Shown: positions 47,471 to 58,236, counted from the stretch's first letter. The stretch: 59,855 bases of DNA from an uncultured Sphingomonadaceae bacterium (GCA_964612175.1 CAZTED010000001.1:2378-62232), one strand, 5' to 3'. Translations and numbers: made by a program. Notes: generated by a model not told the origin, from the letters alone.

Positions 47471-48901
47471 ATGGCTACCTTGTCTCCCTTCCTCGATGCG
47501 TTGCGGCCGCCGGCCTTCCACCGCACATGGAACAAGCGCGAGCCTGCAAAGGTGGTGGCCAAGCGCGCTGCCGACCTGCCGGGCATGACCGCCCTGCCAA
47601 TCCGGGCGCTGATGCCCGACCTGCCGCAGACGATCTGGTCGGAAGATGCGCTGCTGGGTCCGACTTCGCTCGACGAGGTGCGCCGCCAGGCTCAGGCCCG
47701 CGCCGAGGCCATGGACTGGTCGAAGATCGAGCCGGGCCGCATGGTCAACCTGCTGGCCAATCCGCACGGGCTGCAATTGTGCGGTGAAGCCTATGTCACC
47801 ATGCTGGAAGTGATCGCTGCCCACGTGAAGGAAACGCGCGGCGCCAGGGTGCGGCTGCGCATCGCCGAATCGATGGGCCACATCGAAAATCCGGACTGGG
47901 TGAAGATCTACCGCCTCGAAGAACGGTTCGACGATGTCGAGGAATGCCCTCAGATGGGGGCCGGGACCAAGGTCGATACCAAGCTGGGTGACATGTACGT
48001 CACCAAGAAGCTGTTTGACGCGCCCTACTTCATCCACACCCATGTGACCGAGATGCGCGAGGGCTATCTCCATCGCATGCTCGACCGGCTGATGAAGCCG
48101 TTCGGCATGGCCTATGCCCGGCTGGAATCGCGCTCCGCCTATCACTTCGGGTTCGGCCCGCGCACCGGCCAGATCGTGTCGCGATGCATTTTCGAGAGCG
48201 ACTTCATCCAGCAGCGCTATGTCGGGACCATGGTGCTCGATACGACCTCGGAAGGTGTCGTTTCGGTCGAGGCGGATAATGACCTGAAGGCACTCGACCG
48301 CCGGCTCGCTGCCGGGATCATGCGCAACTACGGCATGGCCATGAAGATCCTGGGCGAGATCGAGGACTGCGTGGTGGTGTTCGATGACCACGGCTGCGGG
48401 GTCTACTGCTATGCCGGCGGCATCGCCTTTGACAACATGCTGTGCGCCGATGTCGATTTCATGGATCTCGACAACCTGTCGCTGCTCGCCGCCGAGCGGC
48501 ATGACAGCGCCCAGCCCGGCCTGACCATGGGCAAGAACAACGCGATCAAGGCGATCGTCATCAATTACATGGCCGGCGGCGTCCCCCAGCCCTTCCTGTG
48601 GGACAACTATCCGGTCCACGTGGTGGGGGACACGGTCAATCGCTGGCTGCTGAACGATCCGTCCAACTATCACTTCGACCGGGCCAAGGCGCCTGTCTGG
48701 CCATCGCTGGACGAGGCGGTGGCGGCTGCCTGCCGCGAGGGCGGGACGGACAACGTCATCGTGTTTGACCGCACGCCGGGCGCATTCCGGGTCAGCCGCA
48801 AGCTGGGCGAACACCTGCTCTCCCGGGCTCCCAAGGTGCGCGAGATGGTCGAGACCGTCTACCTGCCGAAATGGCTGCGCCAGCGCGGGCTTGCCGCGTG
48901 A
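47471..48901 (+). CDS. Divergent LarA-superfamily (putative NPN-dependent) enzyme, copy 2
   Basis: IEPGRMVNLLANPHG, K-x15-H (KPFGMAYARLESRSAYH); SDFIQQRY and LPKWL shared with copy 1. Family call is inference. Confidence 0.6.
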   Translation: MATLSPFLDALRPPAFHRTWNKREPAKVVAKRAADLPGMTALPIRALMPDLPQTIWSEDALLGPTSLDEVRRQAQARAEAMDWSKIEPGRMVNLLANPHGLQLCGEAYVTMLEVIAAHVKETRGARVRLRIAESMGHIENPDWVKIYRLEERFDDVEECPQMGAGTKVDTKLGDMYVTKKLFDAPYFIHTHVTEMREGYLHRMLDRLMKPFGMAYARLESRSAYHFGFGPRTGQIVSRCIFESDFIQQRYVGTMVLDTTSEGVVSVEADNDLKALDRRLAAGIMRNYGMAMKILGEIEDCVVVFDDHGCGVYCYAGGIAFDNMLCADVDFMDLDNLSLLAAERHDSAQPGLTMGKNNAIKAIVINYMAGGVPQPFLWDNYPVHVVGDTVNRWLLNDPSNYHFDRAKAPVWPSLDEAVAAACREGGTDNVIVFDRTPGAFRVSRKLGEHLLSRAPKVREMVETVYLPKWLRQRGLAA

Positions 48902-49788
48902 CCTCGGTCCAGCTGCTCGAGAAGACGGAGGTCTGGCTCCACGGCATCACCCTTGACCATGCCAACCTGCCGTTACTGGCAGGTGCGGTGGCCGATGTGC
49001 TTGGCCTTCCGGCGGACAAGGTTTTCGTCACCGATGTGCGGCCACAAATGGTCGTGTTCGACATCCTTGTGCCACGTGTCGATCTGGAAAGCATCGTCGG
49101 CAAGCAGGATGAACTGCTCGCCGCCATTGCCCGGATTCCCGGGGTCGACGTGGCGGCCAGTGCAACGGTCCATTCCGAAGGGATCCTCGGCGTGATCGGC
49201 ACGCCCCGGGAGGAAGTCGCCCGCTATCTGGATGACGCGCGCAAGCTGGAAAACCAGATTGCGGACTATGCCTCGCGCCGGGTGGCCGTGGTCAGCACCG
49301 GCAGCGAACTGCTGGCAGGCGAGATCGAGGATACCAACTTCGCCGCCATTCGCGCCGCCATGGAGGACGCAGGGTTCGAAGTGGAATTCGGCGGCATAGC
49401 CGGAGACAGCGAGGCCGAAATTGCCGGGCTTGTCGCCCGCCTGTCCGGCGAAGGGTTCGGGATCATCGTGACCACCGGCGGGGTGGGCGCTGAAGACAAG
49501 GACCATACGGTCGAAGCGCTGGAACGGCTTGACCCGCACCTTTCCACCGCCGTGCTTGCCCAATACAAGCGCGGCCATGGCCGCCATGTGAAGGATGCCG
49601 TGCGCATTGCGATCGCCCGCCTCGGCTGGTCCACGATCTTTGCCCTGCCCGGACCGACCCACGAAGTAAAACTGGCGCTGCCGGTCATCATTGACGGCCT
49701 GTCGGCAAAGGCAGAGCTGCCGGTCCTGGCAGAAGCCATCGCCGCAAAGCTGCGCACCACCCTGCCGCATTCGCCACATCACCATTGA
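48898..49788 (+). CDS. MocF/CinA-like protein with N-terminal extension, copy 2
   Basis: STGSELLAGEIEDTN, TTGGVGAEDKDHT, GHGRHVK and ALPGP; paralog of 43077-43979. Confidence 0.8.
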   Translation: MTSVQLLEKTEVWLHGITLDHANLPLLAGAVADVLGLPADKVFVTDVRPQMVVFDILVPRVDLESIVGKQDELLAAIARIPGVDVAASATVHSEGILGVIGTPREEVARYLDDARKLENQIADYASRRVAVVSTGSELLAGEIEDTNFAAIRAAMEDAGFEVEFGGIAGDSEAEIAGLVARLSGEGFGIIVTTGGVGAEDKDHTVEALERLDPHLSTAVLAQYKRGHGRHVKDAVRIAIARLGWSTIFALPGPTHEVKLALPVIIDGLSAKAELPVLAEAIAAKLRTTLPHSPHHH

Positions 49789-49814
49789 AGCCAGCACTCC
49801 AGAGGTAGCAGACC

Positions 49815-50687
49815 ATGTCATCACCCCTTCTGAACACGCGGGCCGTCGTTACCGGCGCTGCATCGGGCATTGGCCGCGCCATCGCCCGCGAACTGTCCGC
49901 GCGCGGCGCCCGGGTGATCATCAGCGACGTCAACGAAGCCGGGCTTGCCGAGACCCTTGCCGGACTGGGTGCCGGGTGCAGCAGCTTTGTCTGCGATGTG
50001 TCGGACCACGCCCAGGTGGAGTCGCTGGCTGCCCATGCCACAGGGACGCTTGGCGGATGCGACCTCCTGTTCGCCAATGCCGGTGTGATCGCCGCAGGCC
50101 GCTATACCAGGATGACCCCGGCCGAAGCCGACTGGATCCTGGGCGTGAACGTGCGCGGTGCCTGGAGCACGACAGCCGTCTTCGCGCGCCTGATGGAACA
50201 GCAGCCGGAAGGCGGCCGGATCTGCTTTACCGGTTCGGAACATTCGCTGGGATTCCAGCACGCCAATGCCGCGCTCTATACAGCATCCAAGCACGCTGTC
50301 CTGGGCCTTGCGGAAGTCCTGCGGGCCGAAGTGCCCGAGAAGATTTCGGTCAGCATCTTCTGCCCCGGCCTGGTCGGCACTGCGCTGGGCGGCGGTCCGC
50401 GCCCTGCCGGGCTTCCGGTACCCGAACGCAACCTCGACATGAGCGCGCGCATCCAGGCACGGGGCATGCCGGTCGAGGAAGCGGCAAGCGATGCCATCGA
50501 TGGTACCTTGCGTGGTGATTTCTATGTCATCACCCACAGCCACACGATCCTTGCCGCCGAGCGCCGCCTGGCCGAGATGCAGGCGGCCTTTGCCGCGCAG
50601 GCACCGTGGAGCCGCAACGCCGACCGCTATGACGTGAACCAGGTGCTGGCCGCGGTTGCCGCCGAAATGAAGGGCGACAGCAAATGA
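49815..50687 (+). CDS. SDR family oxidoreductase
   Basis: TGAASGIG, ANAG and YTASK motifs. Confidence 0.9.
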   Translation: MSSPLLNTRAVVTGAASGIGRAIARELSARGARVIISDVNEAGLAETLAGLGAGCSSFVCDVSDHAQVESLAAHATGTLGGCDLLFANAGVIAAGRYTRMTPAEADWILGVNVRGAWSTTAVFARLMEQQPEGGRICFTGSEHSLGFQHANAALYTASKHAVLGLAEVLRAEVPEKISVSIFCPGLVGTALGGGPRPAGLPVPERNLDMSARIQARGMPVEEAASDAIDGTLRGDFYVITHSHTILAAERRLAEMQAAFAAQAPWSRNADRYDVNQVLAAVAAEMKGDSK

Positions 50688-51136
50688 CTACAGCGACGAC
50701 ATCGATCTGGTGGCAGGGCGTGCGGCCTGATCCGGTCACCCTTAACCGGATCGGGGGAAGCTCGATGCAGGCAGCCCTGGGGATCGAACTTGCCGGGGCG
50801 GGCGATGACTGGCTGTCGGCGCGCATGCCGGTGGATGATCGGACGCGGCAACCATGGGGACGGCTCCATGGCGGGGCCTCGCTGGTGCTGGCAGAGACCC
50901 TCGGCTCGCTGGGCGCGGTGCACACCATTGACCCGGAACGGTTCATGGCCGTGGGCATGGAGATCAACGCCAACCATGTCCGCCCGGTCCGCGAGGGCTG
51001 GGTCACCGGCACCGCCCGGCCTGAATCGCGCGGCCGGACAACCCAGATCTGGTCGATCCGCATAACCGATGAAGCCGATCGCCTCGTCTGCATCTCGCGT
51101 TTCACGCTCGCGGTCATTCCCATCGAGCGCAATTGA
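50684..51136 (+). CDS. Hotdog-fold thioesterase (PaaI/YdiI-like)
   Basis: QPWGRLHGGASLVLAET and EINANH motifs. Confidence 0.9.
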   Translation: MTTATTSIWWQGVRPDPVTLNRIGGSSMQAALGIELAGAGDDWLSARMPVDDRTRQPWGRLHGGASLVLAETLGSLGAVHTIDPERFMAVGMEINANHVRPVREGWVTGTARPESRGRTTQIWSIRITDEADRLVCISRFTLAVIPIERN

Positions 51137-51148
51137 AGGACAGGAACC

Positions 51149-52173
<1,025 letters not shown>

Positions 52174-52177
<4 letters not shown>

Positions 52178-53337
52178 CCGGCGCATCGATCGAAGCGCAG
52201 GCGGATGTCGATCTGGACCTGCTGTTCCAGCCCTACACCCTGCGCGGCCTGGAACTGCGCAACCGGATCGTGGTCTCGCCCATGGCGACCTATTCCGCAG
52301 TCGATGGCTTTGCCACCGATTGGCACGTGCAGCATATCGGCAAGCTTGCCGCGGGCGGCGCGGGACTGGTGTTTGTCGAGCAAAGCTCGGTCAACATGCA
52401 GGGCCGCATCACCCACGGCTGCCTTGGTATCTGGCAGGACGAGCACGTGGCCGGCCTCAGGCGGCTGGCGACCCTGATCCGCGATCTTGGCGCGGCCTCG
52501 GCCATCCAGATCGCCCATTCGGGACGCAAGGGAGCTTCGCAGCGACCATGGGAAGGCGGCGGCCCGCTGGGTGCCGCCGATGTGGAAGCCCGTGGGGAAG
52601 GCCCGTGGCCTATCTGTGCGCCCAGCGCGATTCCCTTCGACAGCGGCTGCCAGGTACCCGAGGAGATGAGCCTGGAAGCCATCGAGCAGGTCGTGGAGGA
52701 TTACCGCGCCGCCTTCATCCGCGCGCGGGACGCCGGGTTTGACGCGTGCGAACTGCACTGCGCGCACGGCTACCTGATGCACAGCTTCCTCTCTCCCCTG
52801 GGCAACCAGCGGACCGACAGCTACGGCGGCGACCGGGAAGGACGCATGAAGCTGCCCTTGCGCATCGCCGCCATCATGCGCGAGGTGTGGCCCGATCACC
52901 TGCCGTGCCTGGTTCGTGTGTCATCGGTCGATGGTGTGGGCGTTGGCTGGCAGCTGGAAGATTCGATCGCCTTTGCGAGGGAACTGAAGAAGCTGGGCAT
53001 CGACATGATCGACTGTTCTTCCGGGGGTTTCAAACTGCCGGCCGAAAACAATCTGGTGGCGCGCACGACGGGCTTCCAGCTGCCTTTTTCCGAACAGATC
53101 CGCCATGAAGCGGGCCTGCCGACAATCGGGGTTGGCCTGATCCGTACCGGTGAGCAGGCCGCCGTTGCCCTGCAGGATGGCCGGGCTGACCTGATTGCCC
53201 TTGGCCGGGAATTGCTGTGGAACCCGAACTGGCCCATGCAACTGGCAACCGCACACGATGAAGCCAACGGATGGAAGCTGATGCCGCAGCAATACGGCTG
53301 GTGGCTGCGCCGTCGCAAGGCACAGCAGGGCCAGTAG
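52174..53337 (+). CDS. NADH:flavin oxidoreductase (Old Yellow Enzyme, XenA/YqjM-like)
   Basis: NRIVVSPM, QIAHSGRK, HCAHGYL, FLSPLGNQRTDSYGG and GRELL motifs. Confidence 0.92.
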
Positions 53338-53365
53338 CGGTAGGCAACAAGGGGAGAAAGCGGGC

Positions 53366-54103
53366 GTGACCAAGCTGGTAGAATATGCATGCGCCGAAGG
53401 CATCGCCACGATGACGTTGAACCGTGCAGACAAGCGCAATGCCCTCAACCTTGCCCTCTGGCAGGAGCTTGAGGCGCATCTGGATGTGATCGAAAAGGCC
53501 GGCCGGGAAATCGCCGTGGTCGTGCTTCGTTCCACCGGCCCGGTCTTCTGTGCCGGCAATGACCTGAAGGAACGCGGCGTCAAGTTTCCGCGCCCCTTCT
53601 ACCAGCCGCACATCATCACCCGGCTGGCCAACCTGCCGCAGCCGGTGATCGTGGCGGTGCAGGGCGGGTGCTACACGGGCGGGCTTGAGCTGGCGCTTGC
53701 CGGCGACATCATCCTGGCCGGCGAAAGCGCCAGCTTTGCCGATACCCACGGCAAGTTCTCGATGGTGCCGATGTGGGGGATGAGCCAGCGGCTGCCGAGG
53801 CGGGTTGGCAGTTTCAAGGCACGCGAAATCAGCTTGACGGGGCTGCCCGTATCCGGACGCGAGGCGGAGCGGATCGGCCTTGCCAACCGCTGCGTGCCGG
53901 ATGACCAGCTGGAAGCCGCGACCATGGAAATGGCCCGCGCCATTGCCGGCCAGAGCAGGCACTCCATCTTCGCCTACAAGGAATTGTACATGGCGCAGGC
54001 CGACCTTCCACTGGCCGCCGGGCTGGCCCACGAAGTGTTCAACACCAGGGGCCGCGGTGCCGACCTGGAAGACCGGGTGGCCGAAGGCTTCGGCAAGAAG
54101 TAA
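53366..54103 (+). CDS. Enoyl-CoA hydratase/isomerase family protein
   Basis: LNRADKRNAL, FCAGNDL, TGGLELAL and FADTH motifs. Confidence 0.9.
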   Translation: MTKLVEYACAEGIATMTLNRADKRNALNLALWQELEAHLDVIEKAGREIAVVVLRSTGPVFCAGNDLKERGVKFPRPFYQPHIITRLANLPQPVIVAVQGGCYTGGLELALAGDIILAGESASFADTHGKFSMVPMWGMSQRLPRRVGSFKAREISLTGLPVSGREAERIGLANRCVPDDQLEAATMEMARAIAGQSRHSIFAYKELYMAQADLPLAAGLAHEVFNTRGRGADLEDRVAEGFGKK

Positions 54104-54121
54104 TCCGCCGGCGCAAGTCCC

Positions 54122-54880
54122 TTACAACAGGAACGGCACGCCTTCGCGCACCTGCTGCCACTGCTTGCCGTCATGGCCGAACAGGATATGCGTGCCGCTC
54201 TTGCGCAGGGCGTCGAGGCGGCGGTAGGTTTCCATGCCCTGTTCCATGTTTGCCGTGGCCCTTGGCAGGACCATCACGTCCAGATTGCGTTCGGTGTAGC
54301 AGCAGTCTCCCGCCAGCAGCACCTCGCCGCCCGCCAGCTTCACGATCACGCTCTGGTGCCCGGGCGTATGGCCGAAGGTCGGCACGATCCGCACGGTGCC
54401 ATCGCCAAACAGGTCATGCTCGCCCGCCACGGTCTTGATCGGCTGGCCGGTATCGTAATCATCGGGCGCATACAGCATGGGCTGGTCGCTGTTGCGTGCC
54501 GTATCATACTCGTTGGCCTGGATGATGACGGTGGCATTGGGAAAATGCGAGTTACCGCCGCAATGATCGATATGGAGGTGGGAATTGATGATCCAGTCGA
54601 TGCTCGCCGGATCGACCTCGATCGCCTTCAGCCGGGAGGCGATGTCCATGCCCTCGAACCATTCGAGACCAAACTTGTCGGCCGGCAGGGCATCGGCCTG
54701 TTCCCTGCGGAAGCGGACCCCCATCCCGGTGTCGAACAGGGCTCGACCTCTTGGATGCTCGATCAGGTATGCCGGCACCGGCGAGCGCAGGACTGCACCC
54801 TCGTCGCCTTCGACATAGTAGCCCGGCTTGCACTGAAACCAGCCGCAGTTGAATGCGTAGAGCGATACCTGTTCCGTCAT
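54122..54880 (-). CDS. N-acyl-homoserine lactonase family MBL hydrolase
   Basis: SHLHIDHCG, DLFGDG, GHTPGHQS, LAGD and GHD motifs. Confidence 0.88.
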   Translation of the reverse strand: MTEQVSLYAFNCGWFQCKPGYYVEGDEGAVLRSPVPAYLIEHPRGRALFDTGMGVRFRREQADALPADKFGLEWFEGMDIASRLKAIEVDPASIDWIINSHLHIDHCGGNSHFPNATVIIQANEYDTARNSDQPMLYAPDDYDTGQPIKTVAGEHDLFGDGTVRIVPTFGHTPGHQSVIVKLAGGEVLLAGDCCYTERNLDVMVLPRATANMEQGMETYRRLDALRKSGTHILFGHDGKQWQQVREGVPFLL

Positions 54881-54969
54881 CCCATTTCCTTCAGCGATCA
54901 ACCGCAAGGTCATCGTCAAGATGATCTAGATGTTTACCGCTTCCTTGGCAAAGTTCCAGCCCGCCAGCG

Positions 54970-55953
54970 TCAGTTCCCGACAGGTCGCGCCCTGCGCCTG
55001 GTTGCCCGGAACGCGGCGGGGGCCTGGCCCGTTTCGGCCTGGAAGATGCGACGGAAAGAGGGGATGTCGGCATAGCCGACCAGCTGTGCGATTTCGGTCA
55101 CCGAACGGTTGGTTTCCACCAGCATGGTCGCCGCCGCATCAACCCGCGTCCGCTGCACGAAATGGCGAGGGGATGGTATCCCGGCAGCCGCAAATCGCCG
55201 GATGAGCGTCTGGTGGCTGAGGCCAAGCTCATCGGCGAGATCGGCAATCCTGAATTGACGGGTGAAGCGGTCGCGGATCCACAACTGGGCGCGGGCCACG
55301 ATGGGATCGACGGGAATCGACAGCGTCCGCGCCGCAGGACCGGGCGGCTCGCGCATCGCCAGGCTTTGCCCCAGTTCAACCGAAAAGCATTCGGCCATCA
55401 GGCGGGCAGCCAGTGCAGGATTGTCGGCATCGCGGCTGCAGGACCAGAGATTGCCCTCGCGCCGGATGGCAGCATCGGTATCGATCTCGATCCGCGGCAC
55501 AAGTGTGCGCAGCAGGCCGACCAGCCGCGGGCTGGCCGCGCAGGTGCCGCGCTCCAGCAGCCCAGCAGCGGCCAGGTGCAGCACGCTGGTTCCGCAGGCG
55601 CCGATCAGGATACCGCGCTGGGCCGTGTCCTTCAGCCACTGGTGAAATGGCGCGAGGTCGTCTCGCATGGCCAGGAACCGGCTGGTATCGGGCAACTGGA
55701 AACTGGGCAGGTAGACGAAGCGCGGCAAGGCGAGGCCAGACAGCGCAACATCGGGGGCAAGCTCCCGCCCACCGGCAAGCTGGATCATTCCCGGCCCGGT
55801 GCCGGCAAGCCGGACCACGGTCTCCATGCGCGAATAATCGCCCAGGGCCGCGTTGGATTCGAAAACCTCCCCCAGCCTGGCATGGGCATCGACCATGGCG
55901 CCAAGGCTGGTGAGATAGCAGGGGGATGTCGCAACGATTGCAATGGTGCTCAT
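54970..55953 (-). CDS. GlxA-type AraC family regulator (DJ-1-like domain plus HTH)
   Basis: GACGTSVLHLAAAGLL; C-terminal IAQLVGYADIPSFRRIF. Confidence 0.87.
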   Translation of the reverse strand: MSTIAIVATSPCYLTSLGAMVDAHARLGEVFESNAALGDYSRMETVVRLAGTGPGMIQLAGGRELAPDVALSGLALPRFVYLPSFQLPDTSRFLAMRDDLAPFHQWLKDTAQRGILIGACGTSVLHLAAAGLLERGTCAASPRLVGLLRTLVPRIEIDTDAAIRREGNLWSCSRDADNPALAARLMAECFSVELGQSLAMREPPGPAARTLSIPVDPIVARAQLWIRDRFTRQFRIADLADELGLSHQTLIRRFAAAGIPSPRHFVQRTRVDAAATMLVETNRSVTEIAQLVGYADIPSFRRIFQAETGQAPAAFRATRRRARPVGN

Positions 55954-55971
55954 CACCCTGCCTCCGATGGT

Positions 55972-56003
55972 AATTATACCCACTTGAAATGTAAATTATA
56001 CCC
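55972..56003. promoter_or_regulatory. Direct-repeat site, probable AraC-family operator
   Basis: AATTATACCC at 55972 and 55994 (22-bp spacing) between the regulator and the divergent dioxygenase. Confidence 0.5.
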
Positions 56004-56101
56004 CTTGTTGTCCGACCCCGGAAGGCTGAAACCTCTCCCAACAGAACAAGCGCGCCAGCCCTTCCGATGGAGACAGGCGCGGGAGAGCAAAGGAATATCC
56101 C

Positions 56102-57085
56102 ATGGTTGTCGAATCCCTGTTCATGCCCGATGCCGAGGACAGCGATGTGCTGGCGGTCAATCCGCAGCGTGAGCTGGAATCCTGCAATCACCTGCTCGAC
56201 GACCATGAGGCCCTGATGCGGTTCCATGACGAGGAGGGTTACATCCTGCTGCGCAACGTGCTCGACCCCGCATCGGTCGAGGAAGCGCGCAAGGCCATGT
56301 TCGCTGTCATGGAACGCCATGGCCTGATCGAACCCGGTGCGACCGAGCCGGTCTGGACCGGCAAGCCGTTCGCGGGCGGCATGGAGGAAAGCGAGGAGTT
56401 TGCCGGCATCGCCCGCAAGCTGATCGAGAACCCCGCCAATGCCAGGGTGATGGAAAAGATCCTGGGCGAGCCAGCCTGCATCATCCCGATCGTGCAGTAT
56501 CGCACCTATCCGCCGGGCGGCTCGATCACCGGCATCCACCAGGACGGTTTCTACAGCCCCGGCATCAAGAACTACAAGCCGGTCTGGACGCCGCTGGCCA
56601 ATTGCGAGCGCGAGGTCGGCGGGCTCATGATCGCCGTGCGGCAATGCAACCGCGGCTATCTTCACAACATGGCCAAGTCTCCGCCACATATCCCCGCCGG
56701 GGTGATCCCGGACGACAGCTGGGCGACGACCGACTATTTCCCGGGCGATGTGCTGATCATCAATCCCTATGCCCCGCATGCCAGCCGGCCCAACACGTCG
56801 AACCGGTGCCGCGTGACGATCGATACGCGGGTGCAGTCCGCTGCCGAGCCGCGCGTGCTCTCAGCCGAAATCCTCGCCGCCGACGAGAATTCGATCCGCG
56901 TGCGGACCTCCACCGGCGAGGAGCGGACCTTTGTGGTGGATGACGACAGCTTCATCCGGATCCAGAATCCCGGCATCCGCGAAGACCGCATGGACTATGC
57001 CCGGCAGCCGATCGTCGGGCGCCGGATCGCCGTCATATTCGATGGCGACCATGCCGAAACGCTCCGCCGCGCTTCGGAGAACTGA
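56102..57085 (+). CDS. Phytanoyl-CoA dioxygenase (PhyH) family Fe/2OG hydroxylase
   Basis: GYILLRNVLD, HQDGFY, PGDVL, H...PN and DTRVQ motifs. Confidence 0.85.
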   Translation: MVVESLFMPDAEDSDVLAVNPQRELESCNHLLDDHEALMRFHDEEGYILLRNVLDPASVEEARKAMFAVMERHGLIEPGATEPVWTGKPFAGGMEESEEFAGIARKLIENPANARVMEKILGEPACIIPIVQYRTYPPGGSITGIHQDGFYSPGIKNYKPVWTPLANCEREVGGLMIAVRQCNRGYLHNMAKSPPHIPAGVIPDDSWATTDYFPGDVLIINPYAPHASRPNTSNRCRVTIDTRVQSAAEPRVLSAEILAADENSIRVRTSTGEERTFVVDDDSFIRIQNPGIREDRMDYARQPIVGRRIAVIFDGDHAETLRRASEN

Positions 57086-57116
57086 CAGGTTCGCCTGAAC
57101 CCCGCCGGCTGCGCGC

Positions 57117-58154
57117 TCAGTCGTATCGGCTGAACACGGGCGGATTGCGCTCGGCGCCATAGTTGTGCTGGGCAGACGCGGGATAACGCAGCGAGACCTG
57201 GCTGGCGCGATCCAGCACTTCGATCTCCTCGGCGGTCAGGCACCATTGCGCCGCGCCGAGATTGTCGCGCAGCTGGGCTTCGGTGCGGGCCCCCAGCAGG
57301 ATGGAGGTCACCCCCTTGCGCGCCTTCACCCAGTTGAGCGCCACCTGCGAATGGGTGACGCTCCCGTCCCGCCCTTCGACGATGGTGTCGATTGCCGCCA
57401 GCACATCGCGGCAGCGCTGATTGTCGTAGGCTTTCAGGGATCCCATTTTTTCCAGTCGGGTTTCGCCGCCGGTCTGGCCGCGGAACTTGCCGGACAGGAA
57501 CCCCTGCGCCAGCGGGCTCCAGATGATCGCCCCCACACCGGCGTCCAGCCCGCACGGCAGCAATTCTTCCTCTGCCATGCGCGCCACCAGCGAATACTGG
57601 ATCTGCTGGCCGACATAGGCGCTCAGCCCTTCCAGCCTGGAAATGCCCAGCGCCTTGGCCAGGTGCCATCCGGAAAAGTTGGAGCAGCCAATATACCGCA
57701 CCTTGCCCGCACGCACGAGATCATCCAGCGCGCGCAGGGTTTCCTCCTGCGGCACCAGCATGTCGAAGCAGTGCATCTGGTACAGGTCGATCCAGTCGGT
57801 CCCCAGGCGGCGGAGCGAGGCATCGCAGGCGTCCACCAGATGCCGGCGCGACAGGCCGACATCATGCGTCCCCTTGCCCATCCGGTGAAAAGCCTTGGTC
57901 GCCACTGTGACACGCTTGCGGTTCTTGCCCAGCGCTTCGCCCAGGATCTCTTCCGAACGGCCTGCCGCATAGACATCGGCGGTATCGAAGAAGTCGATCC
58001 CGTGTTCGATGCAGATGTCGATCTGGCGCGCCGCATCTTCGCCGCTGGTCGAACCGCTGGCCCCGAAGCGGCCAACCCCGTCCGAAAAGGTCATGCAGCC
58101 AAAGCCGAACACCGGCAGCGACAGGCCGCTGTTGCCAAGGTAGCGCTTTTCCAA
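57117..58154 (-). CDS. Aldo/keto reductase
   Basis: FGCMTF, FDTADVY, ATK, YIGCSN and WSPLAQG motifs; TTG start after GGAGGG. Confidence 0.92.
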   Translation of the reverse strand: MEKRYLGNSGLSLPVFGFGCMTFSDGVGRFGASGSTSGEDAARQIDICIEHGIDFFDTADVYAAGRSEEILGEALGKNRKRVTVATKAFHRMGKGTHDVGLSRRHLVDACDASLRRLGTDWIDLYQMHCFDMLVPQEETLRALDDLVRAGKVRYIGCSNFSGWHLAKALGISRLEGLSAYVGQQIQYSLVARMAEEELLPCGLDAGVGAIIWSPLAQGFLSGKFRGQTGGETRLEKMGSLKAYDNQRCRDVLAAIDTIVEGRDGSVTHSQVALNWVKARKGVTSILLGARTEAQLRDNLGAAQWCLTAEEIEVLDRASQVSLRYPASAQHNYGAERNPPVFSRYD

Positions 58155-58236
58155 TTCATGCCCTCCGGCAGAGGCCGCCAGATGTCGATCTGGCGGCGAC
58201 GCAGTTTCCACGCAGGCGTAAGCCGGGAAGCCCGGC

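Noticed and set aside
54122..54880. Quorum-quenching role for the lactonase
   Set aside because: The family motif alone is insufficient; there is no luxI/luxR context, and the catabolic neighbourhood fits a metabolic lactonase equally well.
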